Positions 62,480 through 64,000 of a stretch of 64,000 bases of DNA are shown here, in pieces; within the stretch, counting starts at the first letter, position 1; each line of letters opens with the position of its first letter. This stretch comes from Rhodospirillaceae bacterium (GTDB taxonomy: Bacteria > Pseudomonadota > Alphaproteobacteria > TMED109): contig JAYQLZ010000003.1 of NCBI GenBank assembly GCA_038143555.1, positions 40,219-104,218 of the forward strand, in the 5' to 3' direction. The notes under the pieces were generated by a model. That model saw only the letters and a list, made by a program, of their open reading frames with translations. It made no database searches and had not been told where the DNA came from. Position numbers and translations under genes: made by a program.

Positions 62480-63882
62480 TTATTTTTCTATATTTATTAC
62501 CTTATTTAATCTCATAAGCCTTTTTCGTTCAGCTGAAGAAGGAATATTTAACATTTCTCTATATTTTGCTACTGTTCTCCTAGCTACATTAATACCTTTA
62601 TCTTTAAAGATTTTAGAAATTTCTTCATCACTGTAAGGTTTTGAATCTTTTTCATTTTGTATTATTTCTTTCAACGTATTTCTAACTGTTTTTGCAGCAT
62701 GTGCCTCTTGATCAGTATCGCCTAAAGAACTACTAAAAAAATCTTTCATTTGAAAAATGCCCCATGGTGTTTGTAACAATTTAGAACGTGTAACTCTACT
62801 TACAGTACTTTCATGCATACTTACTGCTTCTGCTACATCTCTTAAAACTAAAGGTTTTAAATGACCTGGACCATATTTAAAAAAAAGCTTTTTGCTTTTT
62901 TAAAATCTCTACAGCTATCTTCAAGGTTGTTGAATTTCTTTGTTCTACTGCTCTCAAAAGCCAACGTGCTGAGTTTACTGAGTCATTCACAAACTTCTTA
63001 TCATTATCTGTCTTATTGCTATTTTTTACCTCTTCAGCAAAGTCTTCTTGAACAAATAATGTAGGTAAAGTTGATTTATTTAATTCTACTTTCCAACCTT
63101 TTTCTGTACTATTAATCATAACATCTGGAGGTTCTATTCTAAAATCATAGTCAGAGAACTCTTCAGCTGGTTTTGGATTTAATTTTTTAATATTATTTAT
63201 TTCAATAGATAAATTATGTTCATTTAAACCTGTAATTTTGCATAACTTTCTAATTTCTCCTTTTGCTAATAAGCTTAAATTTTCTGTAAGTTTAATATTA
63301 GCTTGATTTAACAATTTTTTTCTTCAAGTTGAATACGCAAACATTCTCCTAAATCTCTAGCAAAAACACCACAAGGTTCAAGTTTTTGAAGTTTTTGCAA
63401 TACATTTAAGGTTATATCTTTTGATATATTATTTTTTACTAAAAAATTATCTATATCAATATTAATCCATCCAGTTGGCTCAATCATGTCTAAAAATAAT
63501 AAAGCTATTTTTCTTTCCTCACCTTCAGGAATTTCTAGTAATATCTGATCTAATAAAAAATTTCTTAAGAGTTTTTTTAGGCTCTCCTACTCTATCCTCA
63601 ATATTTGATAAATCATCATACTGAAAATTAGTATTATTATTTTTATAAGGAAGTTCCCATCTTTGCTCAGACTCATTAGCTTTAGCAAAAGAAGTATCTT
63701 CTGATTGGTTTGTATCATTATTATTTTTTTCTTTCTAAAAAAGGATTTTTTTCTATTTCTTCCTCAATATAATTAGATAGCTCCAAATTAGAAAATTGTA
63801 ATAATTTAATAGCTTGTCTTAATTGAGGTGTCATAACAATTGACTGTGAATGTTTAATATTAAGTCTTTGGTTAAATTGCAT
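62480..63882 (-). CDS. rpoN: RNA polymerase sigma-54 factor (frameshifted)
   Basis: VMTPQLRQAIKLLQ region I, GVFARDL, HESTVSRVT, RpoN box ARRTVAKYRE; CAGGAG RBS. Confidence 0.96.
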
Positions 63883-64000
63883 TATAATCTCCTGTTTTTA
63901 ATAATTTGATCTTTTAAGTAAAGAAAAGCAAAATTTTAATTTGACATAAGAAAATGTCATAAAATTGACCGAAATTAATCAATATTAAAGCTATTTATAT

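Overview
A 64 kb chromosomal window from a very AT-rich, gene-dense alphaproteobacterium, probably a streamlined marine lineage (inferred from gene order and composition). About 1-27.6 kb is the conserved alphaproteobacterial core block: uvrA, secF-secD-yajC, DUF815, nlpD-pcm-surE-serS-tatC-tatA, Fe3+ ABC, scpBA, nagZ, SPOR, argS, dgt, erpA-xth, ilvD, valS-popZ-tolC-pcm. tRNA-Cys follows at 29.5 kb. The rest is mostly accessory metabolic, stress and regulatory genes and ends in an rpoN that lacks its usual neighbours. Many genes, including essential serS, argS and valS, are split by 1-nt indels, often at homopolymers. This looks like sequencing error, so coordinates span the reconstructed genes and some ends are approximate. 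No CRISPR array, integrase, transposase or rRNA was seen. The best leads are non-coding or absent from the ORF track. They are (1) a hairpin sRNA candidate with an anti-SD CCUCCCU loop, divergent from an ScfR/RamB regulator; (2) a 57-aa leaderless ORF behind an alpha-type LexA box; (3) three sigma54 -24/-12 promoters in front of unknown proteins, two of them beside rpoN and tandem stand-alone cNMP-binding proteins; (4) a signal-peptide-bearing superoxide-reductase-like protein; (5) an exported formamidase-family enzyme with solute-binding proteins; (6) a SAM-II riboswitch with a remote expression platform; and (7) a Fur-type box upstream of the iron ABC genes.
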